Assembly: GCA_913065105.1 (NCBI GenBank)
Contig: CAJXZZ010000002.1
Location: forward strand, 16,469 to 80,468
DNA length: 64,000 bases
Origin: an uncultured Gammaproteobacteria bacterium
Lineage (GTDB): Bacteria; Pseudomonadota; Gammaproteobacteria; SZUA-229
Direction of reading: 5' to 3'
Shown here piece by piece: positions 29,367 to 39,544 of the stretch; position 1 is the stretch's first letter, and every line of letters starts with the position of its first letter. The translations under genes were made by a program, and so were the position numbers. The notes beneath the pieces are model-generated. The model was not told where the DNA came from, ran no database searches, and saw only the letters and a program-made list of their open reading frames with translations.

Positions 29367-31292
29367 CTAATGAAGATGGTTGTTATGCGCCAATTTATTT
29401 GCAGAGTCATTCTCGACGTCGGCGTTATCACTTAACTTTGGCGAGGCTGTGTACTTTTCCATGTAGCGTTTGATAATCTTTTTCGCTATAGGAGCCATCT
29501 TACTGCCATGCTCGCCATTCTCCGCCACCACTGCCACTGCCAATACTGGATCTTCAACAGGGCCAAAACCGATAAATAAACCATGGTCACGCAGTTTTTT
29601 TGTCACCGTTTCTTCATCATATTCTTCGTCCTGTGCAATTCCGAACACCTGCGCAGTGCCTGTTTTCCCTGCCATTTTGAACTTCATACCCCAGCCCGTT
29701 GCACGCGCCGTACCCCAGGTACCATGCACAACTTTTTTCATGGCATTAAAAATCACATCCCAATGATTTTCTCTGCGTAATTTAATCATGGTTTTAGACG
29801 GATCTCTTATCTTAACCGCATCGTCATCTGACATATGTATCTCTTTAAGCAGCCTGGGCACAATCTTTTCACCTCGACCTGCCAACGCCGCCGTTGCCAC
29901 TGCCAGTTGCACGGGTGTTGTCAACATATAACCCTGACCAATCCCAGCGATTAAGGTTTCACCTGGATACCAGACTTTTCTGTGTTTTCGTTTTTTCCAC
30001 TCGGTAGAAGGCAACAAACCGCTACGTTCACCAATCAGATCGATACCGCTTCTTTCACCAAAACCGAACTGCGCCAGAAAATCGTGCATGTTATTAATAC
30101 CCATACGGTATGCCAGTTCATAAAAATAAACATCACATGATTGCTCAATCGCTTTATCCAGATCGACCATACCATGGCCTTCTTTTTTCCAGTCACGGTA
30201 TTTCCGCTCAGTAGCATCATTAGGTAACAAGTAATGGCCTTTACAATAAAGCGATTCTTTCACGCCAAATCGTCGCTGCTCTATACCAGCCAAACCGATA
30301 AATGGCTTCATTGTTGAACCGGGCGGGTATTGACCAAACAATGCACGGTTAAACAGCGGTTTATAAGCACCATGTGATAGCGCATCATAATCTTTATGAC
30401 TGATGCCATGGACAAACATATTCGGGTCAAAGCCTGGCTTACTGACAAACACCACGACGCCCCCTGTGTGCGGCTCAATGGCAATAACAGCACCCGCAAA
30501 TTCACCCAAACCCTCTTCAGCGATACGTTGTAATTCAATATCCAGATTCAATACCAGATCATTACCCGCGACCGGAGCGGTTTTATCAAGCACACGTAAC
30601 ACTCTGCCCTGTGCATTAACCTCGACTTTCTGGCGGCCTACCTGACCATGCAACTCAGCTTCATAGTATTTTTCTAATCCAGTTTTACCAATATGCGAGG
30701 TACCCCGGTAGTTACCTTCATCAATAACGGTTAACTCTCGCTGGTTTATTCGGCCAACATATCCCACAGCGTGCGCCACAGTTTCACCATGAGGATAATA
30801 ACGACTCAAACGCGCATTAATATCCATCCCTGGAAAACGGTGGCGATTAACCGCCAGACGAGCAACTTCATCTTCATTTAGTCGACTGCGCAGTGATATT
30901 CGCTGAAAAGAACGGCGAGCAAGTAATTCTTCTTTAAACTGCTCAAGATCAGACTCACTTATGGTAACAATCTCACCCAGTCCTTTTAAAGTGGCATCCA
31001 TGTCATCAACCTGCTCGGGAATGATCTCAAGATGGAAAGTGGGTTTGTTTTCAGCAAGAATAACGCCATTACGATCGTAAATCAGACCCCGTGTAGGCGG
31101 CAATGCCATTAAACGGACGCGATTATGCTCAGATAAGTCAGTAAAATGCGCATAATCGACAATCTGCAGCCACGCCAGACGGAACAATAAGCCAGCCAGC
31201 ATCAACAAACATAAAATAGCTGCGACAATGGCGCGAAACTTAAATATGCTCGCTTCGTACGAATGATCAGAAACATGTGACCGATATGGCAT
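29367..31292 (-). CDS. mrdA: penicillin-binding protein 2 (elongasome transpeptidase)
   Basis: STMK, SxN and KTGT motifs, 641 aa. Confidence 0.9.
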   Translation of the reverse strand: MPYRSHVSDHSYEASIFKFRAIVAAILCLLMLAGLLFRLAWLQIVDYAHFTDLSEHNRVRLMALPPTRGLIYDRNGVILAENKPTFHLEIIPEQVDDMDATLKGLGEIVTISESDLEQFKEELLARRSFQRISLRSRLNEDEVARLAVNRHRFPGMDINARLSRYYPHGETVAHAVGYVGRINQRELTVIDEGNYRGTSHIGKTGLEKYYEAELHGQVGRQKVEVNAQGRVLRVLDKTAPVAGNDLVLNLDIELQRIAEEGLGEFAGAVIAIEPHTGGVVVFVSKPGFDPNMFVHGISHKDYDALSHGAYKPLFNRALFGQYPPGSTMKPFIGLAGIEQRRFGVKESLYCKGHYLLPNDATERKYRDWKKEGHGMVDLDKAIEQSCDVYFYELAYRMGINNMHDFLAQFGFGERSGIDLIGERSGLLPSTEWKKRKHRKVWYPGETLIAGIGQGYMLTTPVQLAVATAALAGRGEKIVPRLLKEIHMSDDDAVKIRDPSKTMIKLRRENHWDVIFNAMKKVVHGTWGTARATGWGMKFKMAGKTGTAQVFGIAQDEEYDEETVTKKLRDHGLFIGFGPVEDPVLAVAVVAENGEHGSKMAPIAKKIIKRYMEKYTASPKLSDNADVENDSANKLAHNNHLH

Positions 31293-31560
31293 AGGTGAAA
31301 ATTACTACTCAAACAAGAGATTTTATTATTATTTTTGTAAATCCAGAACGAAAAACACTTAAAAAGACAAAATAACAGAAATATGTTCGCAATTATATAG
31401 TGTTTCCTGCGTTTCAGGCTCGACAATTCCTCAACAATCGATACAATCCCCTAAGGTAATATAAAGGGACTGTTTGTAGCGGTTGCAATTTCGGCTACAG
31501 ATTGACAAAAATAGCTATAAGTCACTGAATAATAAAAAATAACAGTGACGGGGTATAATT

Positions 31561-32667
31561 ATGAAATTAATCCTGATTGGGGCACCCGGTTCGGGTAAGG
31601 GCACGCAAGCTAAATATTTAACTGAAAAATACCATATCCCGCTGATATCGACGGGTGATTTGTTACGTGCTGCCGTTGCTGCACAAACGCCACTCGGTCG
31701 TCAGGCCAAAACGATTATGGACGCCGGCCAACTAGTTCCCAATGATATCGTCATCGGTATGATACGTGAACGCATCACTCGTCCGGACGCCGACCAGGGT
31801 TTTGTACTGGATGGTTTCCCACGCAATATCGCACAGGCGATTGCGGTCGACAGCATCCTTGATAAATTAGGCAGACCTATCGACGCTGTTCTGCAGTTTG
31901 ATGTTGATGCGGAAATGCTGATACAAAGGATGATTGGTCGTCTGACCTGTATTTCCTGTGGTTCTTTATTCAATCTATTCACCCAGCCACCTGCAATTGA
32001 TGATAAATGCGACAACTGTGGTAGCACGCTGCATCATCGCTCTGATGACAATGAAGATACCATCGAGAGACGTCTGCAAATTTTTGAAACTTTAACTCAA
32101 CCATTAAGCGATCATTACAAACACAAGGGCATATTACATATTGTTGAAGCTCATGGTGACATCACCGAAGTAACCAAACGTGTCAAATCAGCATTACGCG
32201 GATTGCGCCCTAAACGCACCCCGGTAAAACCGATGCTTGAGCCAATCGTTATTCCAAGTAAAAACACAGCACCTGCAGTCAACCATGTCAAAATCGAAAA
32301 ACGTGAATTAAAATTACGTCCGCGTAAAAAAATAAAAACACTGACGGGCAATACTCGAATTAAAAAACTGGAAATCGTAAAAGAGCTCCCCGACGTTATT
32401 CACAAAAAATCGATAAAAGCAGTAACAAAGAAAAAAGTGATTGCTTCAAAAGCTGCTGTAGAAAAAACAGTTGCAGACTCTAAAGAAGCCGACGCCATTC
32501 TAGATAAAAAACTAAAACAACTAGAAGTGGAATTAAAACAGACAAAAGCTCAGTTAAAACAGGTCGCTGACGCTGAGAAAGCCCTTATTAAAGCAGAAAA
32601 GGATAAAGATGCGGCACTCAAGAAAGCACTTAAAGCTGAAACAGCAAAACTAAAAAAGAGTAAATAA
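31561..32667 (+). CDS. adk: adenylate kinase fused in frame to a roughly 155 aa Lys/Ala-rich histone-H1-like C-terminal tail
   Basis: Residues 1-213 form a complete Adk with P-loop GAPGSGKGTQ and a Zn LID (CISCG...CDNCG). Residues 214-368 are a K/A/E-rich low-complexity region (KKALKAETAKLKKSK) with no intervening stop. Confidence 0.85.
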   Translation: MKLILIGAPGSGKGTQAKYLTEKYHIPLISTGDLLRAAVAAQTPLGRQAKTIMDAGQLVPNDIVIGMIRERITRPDADQGFVLDGFPRNIAQAIAVDSILDKLGRPIDAVLQFDVDAEMLIQRMIGRLTCISCGSLFNLFTQPPAIDDKCDNCGSTLHHRSDDNEDTIERRLQIFETLTQPLSDHYKHKGILHIVEAHGDITEVTKRVKSALRGLRPKRTPVKPMLEPIVIPSKNTAPAVNHVKIEKRELKLRPRKKIKTLTGNTRIKKLEIVKELPDVIHKKSIKAVTKKKVIASKAAVEKTVADSKEADAILDKKLKQLEVELKQTKAQLKQVADAEKALIKAEKDKDAALKKALKAETAKLKKSK

Positions 32668-32702
32668 TAACCTGTTCACATCAACATTGACTATTCATAA
32701 AT

Positions 32703-32733
32703 AAAAAAGCCTCGAAGTGTCGAGGCTTTTTTA
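32703..32733. terminator. bidirectional rho-independent terminator between adk and the thioredoxin gene
   Basis: AAAAAA-GCCTCGA-agtg-TCGAGGC-TTTTTT. Confidence 0.85.
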
Positions 32734-32757
32734 TTTCCGTTACTTAGTGGATGCAAC

Positions 32758-33126
32758 CTATGCTTGCGCCTGTTGCTCAGCCACTTCCTTACGCACCTGA
32801 TCCATATCCAGCTCTTTGGTCTTAACGATTACCTCTTCAAGCCCACTTTCTGGCAACATACCTGCCTGCGAAAAAATCGCGATCTGATCACGAAATATCA
32901 TCAATGTTGGAATCGAACGAATCTGGAAACTTGCAGCCAGCTCCTGCTCATCTTCTGTATTAACCTTGGCAAATACAACATCATCATGTTTTTCAGAAAC
33001 CGCCTCGTAGGTAGGTGCGAAAGATTTACATGGTCCACACCAGGGTGCCCAAAAATCGATAATGACAATCTCATTATTGGCAATGGTGTCCTGTAAATTA
33101 TCTTTTGTTATTTCTACTGTAGCCAT
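32758..33126 (-). CDS. thioredoxin
   Basis: WAPWCGPCK active site. Confidence 0.85.
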   Translation of the reverse strand: MATVEITKDNLQDTIANNEIVIIDFWAPWCGPCKSFAPTYEAVSEKHDDVVFAKVNTEDEQELAASFQIRSIPTLMIFRDQIAIFSQAGMLPESGLEEVIVKTKELDMDQVRKEVAEQQAQA

Positions 33127-33202
33127 GATATCTTCAACCTTTCTCTATTAAGCTTTAAATTAACGCCCTATTTTAAACCATCTCGTAAAATTATTATTTA
33201 GA

Positions 33203-34255
33203 CTAATCAACCACTAAACTATAACCCGATGTTGCTGGCAAACGCGGCATCACAATCTCAGGATATGGGCCGGTTAATGCACCAAGAAAAGCTACAATAT
33301 CCTTCACTTCTTTATCCGATAAATCTTTATTCAACTGTGTTTTTGCCATTACGCTTACCGCTTCAGTTAAATCATTCACCGAACCATTATGAAAATATGG
33401 TGCAGTATCAGTGATGTTACGCAAAGTCGGTACACGGAACATGTGCGCATCCGCCACTTTACCCGTAGCCTCTTCACGGCCTTTGTCTGCACTTAGGTCA
33501 TATTTTTTGTTATAACCATTATCAGCAAAGGTTGGAAACTTCGTGTAGAACCCCTGACCAAATTCCATTTTTGGACCATTAAACGCTGCACCGGAATGAC
33601 AGGATGTACAACCAGTCGCAGCAAAGGTTTCCATACCGCTTACCTGTTGCGCCGTCATGGCTTTTTTGTCACCTTTCACGTATTTATCATAAGGGCTATC
33701 TGGCGTAATTAAAGTACGTTCAAATGCAGCAACCGCTTTGGCTGCGTTTACCACAGTCATAGAATCTTTACCAAACGCCTCATCAAAGTAAGGCGCATAA
33801 CCGGGAATAGCACGCACTTTATCCATCGCCTGTTCAATTTCAGTCACGCCCATTTCAACAGGATTGGTCACTGGACCTTTCGCCTGATCTTCTAACAGAT
33901 CCGCACGCCCATCCCAGAACTGTACTGAATGAAACGCTGAGTTCCAGACTGTTGGCGCATTACGACCACCGGTTTTGCCATGAACACCCATTGAAAAAGT
34001 ACGACTATCATCACCACCTTCCATCACGTTATGGCATGAGTTACATGAAACGGTACCGGTTGATGAAAAACGTGGGTCCATGAACAGCATTTTGCCCAGT
34101 GTCACTTTAGCGTCTGTAGTCGGGTTATCTTCAGGTGCTGGTGCGACTTCAGGAAGTGCTTCCCAGCCGGCGAATACCGGCATACTGCTCAACATCATTA
34201 CAGCAACGACTGCGCCCATTAAATTTTTATTGTTCATGAATATTTCCTCTGGCAA
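33203..34255 (-). CDS. di-haem cytochrome c peroxidase (CCP/MauG family), periplasmic
   Basis: Two CxxCH motifs (CNSCHN, CTSCHS) and a signal peptide. Confidence 0.85.
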   Translation of the reverse strand: MPEEIFMNNKNLMGAVVAVMMLSSMPVFAGWEALPEVAPAPEDNPTTDAKVTLGKMLFMDPRFSSTGTVSCNSCHNVMEGGDDSRTFSMGVHGKTGGRNAPTVWNSAFHSVQFWDGRADLLEDQAKGPVTNPVEMGVTEIEQAMDKVRAIPGYAPYFDEAFGKDSMTVVNAAKAVAAFERTLITPDSPYDKYVKGDKKAMTAQQVSGMETFAATGCTSCHSGAAFNGPKMEFGQGFYTKFPTFADNGYNKKYDLSADKGREEATGKVADAHMFRVPTLRNITDTAPYFHNGSVNDLTEAVSVMAKTQLNKDLSDKEVKDIVAFLGALTGPYPEIVMPRLPATSGYSLVVD

Positions 34256-34369
34256 AAGTACTTAATACAAATTTAGATTAGTTCTAATTATAATATAACT
34301 TTAGTATATTATCAATAGCTAATATTCATAATTAGCTGAAAAATGTTGTGGGACACCTACCTATAAACA

Positions 34370-34921
34370 TCAGAAACTAACGGTGAAGATTATTTCAGGG
34401 TAGCTCGTCGAGCAGTCATATAATGGATTACAGTCTAGATATTCTTCATAGACAATACCGCCACCGATAAAAACCTGATTATTTGTCGAGAAATAAGCAC
34501 CTACACGGTAACCATATGAATCCTCATCATCCAGATCTATGCCATTGTAATCGCCATAAAAAGTCCGACGGTAGAAAGCACCGATGTAAGGTTTTACAAC
34601 CTTCGGCTGGGTAAACACATACGTTATCTTCGGACTGACTTTGGTTATCGAAGGATCACCAGAGAACCAGTGCTGTACGTCTATGCCAAGTTCTAATCCT
34701 CTCACCACATAATAACCAACACCGACACCGAGAATGACATAATTATCATTAAATGCACTACCCGAACCAAGAACGACGCCGACACTGGTTGAATTTTTTG
34801 AAAATGCTGTACTTATACCGCCGGTACCTGCACTAGCTGCATTTACCACTAAACTATGTGTCGAACCCAACAAGAGCAAAGTAAAAAACACATTTTTCAT
34901 TATCTTTAATTTCATTTTCAC
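34370..34921 (-). CDS. small outer-membrane beta-barrel protein (OmpW/OmpA-like)
   Basis: Signal peptide, alternating amphipathic strands, and a C-terminal Phe. Confidence 0.55.
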   Translation of the reverse strand: MKMKLKIMKNVFFTLLLLGSTHSLVVNAASAGTGGISTAFSKNSTSVGVVLGSGSAFNDNYVILGVGVGYYVVRGLELGIDVQHWFSGDPSITKVSPKITYVFTQPKVVKPYIGAFYRRTFYGDYNGIDLDDEDSYGYRVGAYFSTNNQVFIGGGIVYEEYLDCNPLYDCSTSYPEIIFTVSF

Positions 34922-34962
34922 TCCAATGTATGCAATTTATCCTGTTTAATCAGGTACAAATA

Positions 34963-36765
34963 TTAACTTCTATTACCATATAAATCACGATATAAACCAT
35001 CCTTATTGATTAGTTCCTGATGATGGCCTTCATCGATAATTTTACCGGCATCAAATACCAGTACACGGTCTGCCTGTTTTACCGCACTTAAGCGATGCGC
35101 AATGATCAATGTTGTTCTATTTTGTAAAAAAGCATGCATTGCTTCATGCAACAAAGCTTCGGTTTCTGTATCCAGCGATGAGGTTGCTTCATCTAATATA
35201 ACTACTTTAGGGTCACCCAGTATCATACGCGCAATTGCCAGACGTTGGCGCTGACCACCTGATAATCTTATCCCGCTACGCCCGATAATACTGCCTAACT
35301 GTTCAGGCATTGCCTCTACAACTTTACGCATCTGCGCAATTTCCAGGCTTTGCCAGATGGCTTCATCAGTAAGCTTTCGACCCAGACAGAGGTTCTCCCT
35401 CACCGTATCATTAAACATCGCCGGGTTCTGCAATACGGTGGCGACGTTTTCTCTCACCACATCCAGACCGATATCTTTTAGATTCACGCCATCAAAATAA
35501 AGCTCACCCGAATCTGCCGGATACAACCCCAGGATAATCTGCACCAGTGTTGATTTACCCCCTCCGCTCGCCCCCACCAGGGCTACTTTTTCACCCTCTG
35601 CAATGGATAGACTGACACCATCCAGTACAGCCAGCCCTTCGCCATAAGAAAAATTAATATTCTCAACTCGTAAACCTACGGTGTGTTTTTCTATAAAAGG
35701 ATTATTATTATGCGGATATGCAGGCTCACGCTTTAATAATAACAATTGATTAATACGTTCCAGTGCAGCGTTTGCACTGTAATAGCTATATTGAATACCC
35801 AGAACTTCCTGTACAGGCCCCATCATAAACCAGAGATAAGCATAAACTGCAAACATCTCACCGATGCTTAAACCGCTGAACAAAACCACCACCATGCTCA
35901 GGCCGCGAAAGACTTCAAAACCCATGAGAAAAATAAAGAACGACAGACGATTGGCGGCGTCACTTTTCCAGCCAAACGCTATCATATTATCTTTTAGCTG
36001 CTTGGCTCTAGATGTAACACGTTGTAGATAATGTCCTTCACGATTACTGGCTCGTATCTGCTGGATACCATCGAGTGTTTCGATCAATGCCTGCTGGAAT
36101 AATGCAAATGAAATATTTTCATTTGCTTTTAAACTTTTTACTTTTTTACCCATCACCATGGTGAAATAAATCACCACCGGATTCATCAGTAAAATAAACA
36201 TGGCAAGCTGCCAGTGCATCCACAGCAACACCGCGGCAATACCTATGACAGTCAATACGGCAACAATAAACTTGCTCAGTGATGTCCCCAGAAAATCATC
36301 AATCGCAGTCACGTCTGTAACCAGATGAGACGTTATAGAACCCGAGCCAGCCGCTTCATATTCAGCCATCGAAACTTTTTGTAAATGCTGTAACAGACCG
36401 ACTCGGATGCGATAGGTGACGTCTTTGGCGATATGGGTAAACTCCCGTGTTTGCCATACAGCTAATAACAATGCAGCCAGTCTTAACAGCATAGATAACA
36501 ACATAATGATTGCAATAATACTGACCGGTGTCAGCCATGCCTGCGGAAATATTACTGACAGCAGCTCTATGATTTTTCCGGGTTTATCAAGTAGAACCTC
36601 ATCAACCAGCATAGGCATTAACAGCGGTACAGGCACACTGATAACAGCAGCAAAGATGGCAATAATATTCGCCTTGAACAACAACTTTTTGTGATGTTTT
36701 ACCATGGCAAAAATGTTCTGCCATGAGTACGCCTGCGGTATATCTGCCTGGGTTTTATGATTCAT
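34963..36765 (-). CDS. ABC transporter fused permease/ATPase (MsbA-like exporter)
   Basis: N-terminal 6-TM domain and a C-terminal NBD with GASGGGKST, LSGGQRQRLAIAR and ILDEATS. Confidence 0.85.
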   Translation of the reverse strand: MNHKTQADIPQAYSWQNIFAMVKHHKKLLFKANIIAIFAAVISVPVPLLMPMLVDEVLLDKPGKIIELLSVIFPQAWLTPVSIIAIIMLLSMLLRLAALLLAVWQTREFTHIAKDVTYRIRVGLLQHLQKVSMAEYEAAGSGSITSHLVTDVTAIDDFLGTSLSKFIVAVLTVIGIAAVLLWMHWQLAMFILLMNPVVIYFTMVMGKKVKSLKANENISFALFQQALIETLDGIQQIRASNREGHYLQRVTSRAKQLKDNMIAFGWKSDAANRLSFFIFLMGFEVFRGLSMVVVLFSGLSIGEMFAVYAYLWFMMGPVQEVLGIQYSYYSANAALERINQLLLLKREPAYPHNNNPFIEKHTVGLRVENINFSYGEGLAVLDGVSLSIAEGEKVALVGASGGGKSTLVQIILGLYPADSGELYFDGVNLKDIGLDVVRENVATVLQNPAMFNDTVRENLCLGRKLTDEAIWQSLEIAQMRKVVEAMPEQLGSIIGRSGIRLSGGQRQRLAIARMILGDPKVVILDEATSSLDTETEALLHEAMHAFLQNRTTLIIAHRLSAVKQADRVLVFDAGKIIDEGHHQELINKDGLYRDLYGNRS

Positions 36766-36817
36766 TAATCTGTACTGAGTCTCTGTTGTTTTATTTTAGC
36801 GCTACGAGACGCCACGG

Positions 36818-37705
36818 CTACTGTGTTTGCTGCGTGTATTTTTCCAGTGCTATTAATAATGCCTGCGTGCCACTTTTACCATGACCTAGATCGTGCACCT
36901 TCTCATACAATGACTTTGCCAGCGACAGACCCGGTAAATCCAGCCCCATTAACGCTGTTTCCTGCATCGCGATAGCTAGATCTTTGATGAAATGATCCAC
37001 CATAAAACCCGGAGAAAAATCCTGTTTAATTATTCTCGGTGCGAGATTATCCAGTGTCCAGCAGCCGGCTGCGCCCTGCCTTATGGCAGCTACCATTGTT
37101 TCACAATTCAAACCAGCACGTTTTGCATATAACAAAGCTTCACAAACACCGATCATGGTGCCTGCAACAACCATCTGGTTACATATTTTAGCGTGTTGAC
37201 CGCTGCCTGCGGCGCCCATTATCTGAACATGCCCCAGACATTCAAATAACGCGCTGACACTTTTAATGCTCGCTTCATCACCACCTGCCATAATCGACAG
37301 ACTTGCATTCCTTGCCCCCACATCACCGCCAGAAACGGGAGCATCAATACTCTGTGCAGAATGCTGTTGTGCATAACGAGAAATCCTCACGCTCAAACTC
37401 GGCGCCGTTGTCCCCATATCAATAAAAACTTTATCGCTTATATCGCAGTCAAATAAACCTTTTTTAGAGAAGTAGACATCTTCCACCTCTTGCCCGACAC
37501 CAACCATGGTAAATATGACATCACTTTTTTTTGCCACTTCAGCTGGGCTATCACACCACTGAGCATTATTGGCCAGCACAGCGTTCGATTTATCGCTACT
37601 ACGCGTAAACACCGATACAGGATATCCAGCAGTAAGCAAATGCTGACACAGAGGCTCTCCCATAACACCCAGACCTACCCAGCCAATTTTTGTGTGTTGT
37701 TGCAT
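36818..37705 (-). CDS. NAD(P)-dependent 3-hydroxyisobutyrate dehydrogenase family oxidoreductase
   Basis: GWVGLGVMGEPL Rossmann motif. The likely start is the internal MQQHTK at 37705. Confidence 0.8.
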   Translation of the reverse strand: MQQHTKIGWVGLGVMGEPLCQHLLTAGYPVSVFTRSSDKSNAVLANNAQWCDSPAEVAKKSDVIFTMVGVGQEVEDVYFSKKGLFDCDISDKVFIDMGTTAPSLSVRISRYAQQHSAQSIDAPVSGGDVGARNASLSIMAGGDEASIKSVSALFECLGHVQIMGAAGSGQHAKICNQMVVAGTMIGVCEALLYAKRAGLNCETMVAAIRQGAAGCWTLDNLAPRIIKQDFSPGFMVDHFIKDLAIAMQETALMGLDLPGLSLAKSLYEKVHDLGHGKSGTQALLIALEKYTQQTQ

Positions 37706-37755
37706 ATTTGCTTCCTGTAGAATTCGGTAATTATTTTTACACGAATACACAAACA

Positions 37756-38547
37756 ATGACTACTAAACCTGTAAATACCGAATTAAAAGCTTTTCTTTTT
37801 GATGTTGATGGCACCCTTTCCGATACTGAACGCGACGGCCATCGCGTTGCTTTCAACCGCGCCTTTGAAGAATATGGCCTGAACTGGCAGTGGAGCGTTG
37901 AGACCTATGGTGTGTTACTTGAAGTCACCGGTGGCAAGGAACGTATGAAATTTTATACAGAAAAATTTTTAGCTAAGGAAGACATACCCGATAGCATCGA
38001 GACCTTGATCCCTGAACTGCATAAAGCAAAGACCCGGCATTACACCGAACTACTTGCAACCGGCGCCATACCATTGCGCCCTGGCGTCGAACGTCTGATC
38101 AATGAAGCACGCCAGCGTGGCTTTCGACTGGCAATAGCAACCACCACCACGCCTGAAAATGTTACCGCCTTACTTACCCACACATTAGGTCAAGATTCCA
38201 TCGAATGGTTTGAAGTTATTGCTGCTGGCGATATCGTACCTGCCAAAAAACCTGCGCCAGATATCTATGACTACGCATTAAAAGCCATGAATCTGAGTGC
38301 TGACGAATGTATCGCCTTTGAAGATTCTATCAACGGTATAAAATCTTCGCTAGGTGCTAATTTAAACACCATTATTACTATTAATGATTACACAAAAGAT
38401 CACGATTTTTCCAACGCCTGCATAGTGCTTGACCAGATGGGTGAACCTGAACAAGCTTTTTCAGTTATCGCAGGTGATGCGCATAATGCCACCTACCTGG
38501 ACTGTGATCTGGTTATAAAGCTGCATCAGCAAGCGATCAATAAGTAA
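37756..38547 (+). CDS. cbbY: HAD-superfamily hydrolase, CbbY-like
   Basis: LFDVDGTLSDTERDGHRVAFNRAFEEYGL is characteristic of CbbY. The likely start is MTTKPV at 37756. Confidence 0.75.
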   Translation: MTTKPVNTELKAFLFDVDGTLSDTERDGHRVAFNRAFEEYGLNWQWSVETYGVLLEVTGGKERMKFYTEKFLAKEDIPDSIETLIPELHKAKTRHYTELLATGAIPLRPGVERLINEARQRGFRLAIATTTTPENVTALLTHTLGQDSIEWFEVIAAGDIVPAKKPAPDIYDYALKAMNLSADECIAFEDSINGIKSSLGANLNTIITINDYTKDHDFSNACIVLDQMGEPEQAFSVIAGDAHNATYLDCDLVIKLHQQAINK

Positions 38548-38549
38548 CC

Positions 38550-39338
38550 TTGACAGAAGTTTTCCTTTATATTGTAACGGGTGCTTTTGCCGGTTTTGCT
38601 GCAGGTTTATTCGGTGTCGGCGGCGGGTTAATTATTGTACCGGTGTTATATTATATATTTTCGACACAGGGTTACGATCAACAACACCTGATGCATATGG
38701 CCGTGGCAACTTCCCTGGCAACCATTGTTTTCACATCAATATCATCTACCCTGGCGCATCATAAAAAACAGGCAGTATTATGGCCGGTTGTTTTATTATT
38801 AGCCCCGGGCATCATCATTGGCGCCTGGTTTGGCGGCATGTTTTCATCCACCTTAGATACAAAAATATTAACTTCGATTTTTGCCATTTTTGAATTACTG
38901 GTCGCAACTAACTTGTTGTTACAGAAACAACCAGGGCAACACCAGACAAAGATTAATACTATTACCGCCACAGCAGGTGGCACAATAATTGGCTTTATTT
39001 CCACTATCGTCGGTATCGGTGGCGGAACCATGACCGTACCTTTTTTACACTGGTTTAATATTTCGATGCGTAGCGCCGTTGCGACATCAGCGGCCTGTGG
39101 ATTCCCTATCGCATTGATCGGCACACTGTCCTTTATATATTCCGGCTGGGGATTACCACTGTCAGACACAGCAACCTTAGGCTATCTTCAACTTTATGCG
39201 CTAATGATCATTGCCCCCAGCAGTTTTATTTTTGCTCCCTTAGGCGCAAAGTTAGCGCATAGCATTGCTGAAAAAACACTACGGCATAGTTTTGCATTTG
39301 TCCTGCTTTTACTGAGCATTACGATGTTTCTGAGTTAA
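38550..39338 (+). CDS. TauE/SafE (TSUP) family membrane transporter
   Basis: Duplicated 4-TM repeats with GVGGGLIIVPVL and GIGGGTMTVPFL. Confidence 0.8.
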   Translation: MTEVFLYIVTGAFAGFAAGLFGVGGGLIIVPVLYYIFSTQGYDQQHLMHMAVATSLATIVFTSISSTLAHHKKQAVLWPVVLLLAPGIIIGAWFGGMFSSTLDTKILTSIFAIFELLVATNLLLQKQPGQHQTKINTITATAGGTIIGFISTIVGIGGGTMTVPFLHWFNISMRSAVATSAACGFPIALIGTLSFIYSGWGLPLSDTATLGYLQLYALMIIAPSSFIFAPLGAKLAHSIAEKTLRHSFAFVLLLLSITMFLS

Positions 39339-39544
39339 ATAACATGAGCAATAAAACGGGACAGCGCTATCAACATCTGGTTTTTATAACCACCTCACCT
39401 GGATTATATATAAATTTTTTAAGTCGCGATAATGAATGAACTATGCAGAATAAGTGATATCAGATAAAAGAAGGCTGGTATATAGTTATGTATCATCGGT
39501 ACCACTTAGCTTATCTATCAACATTATTACTATCGATATAGCGT

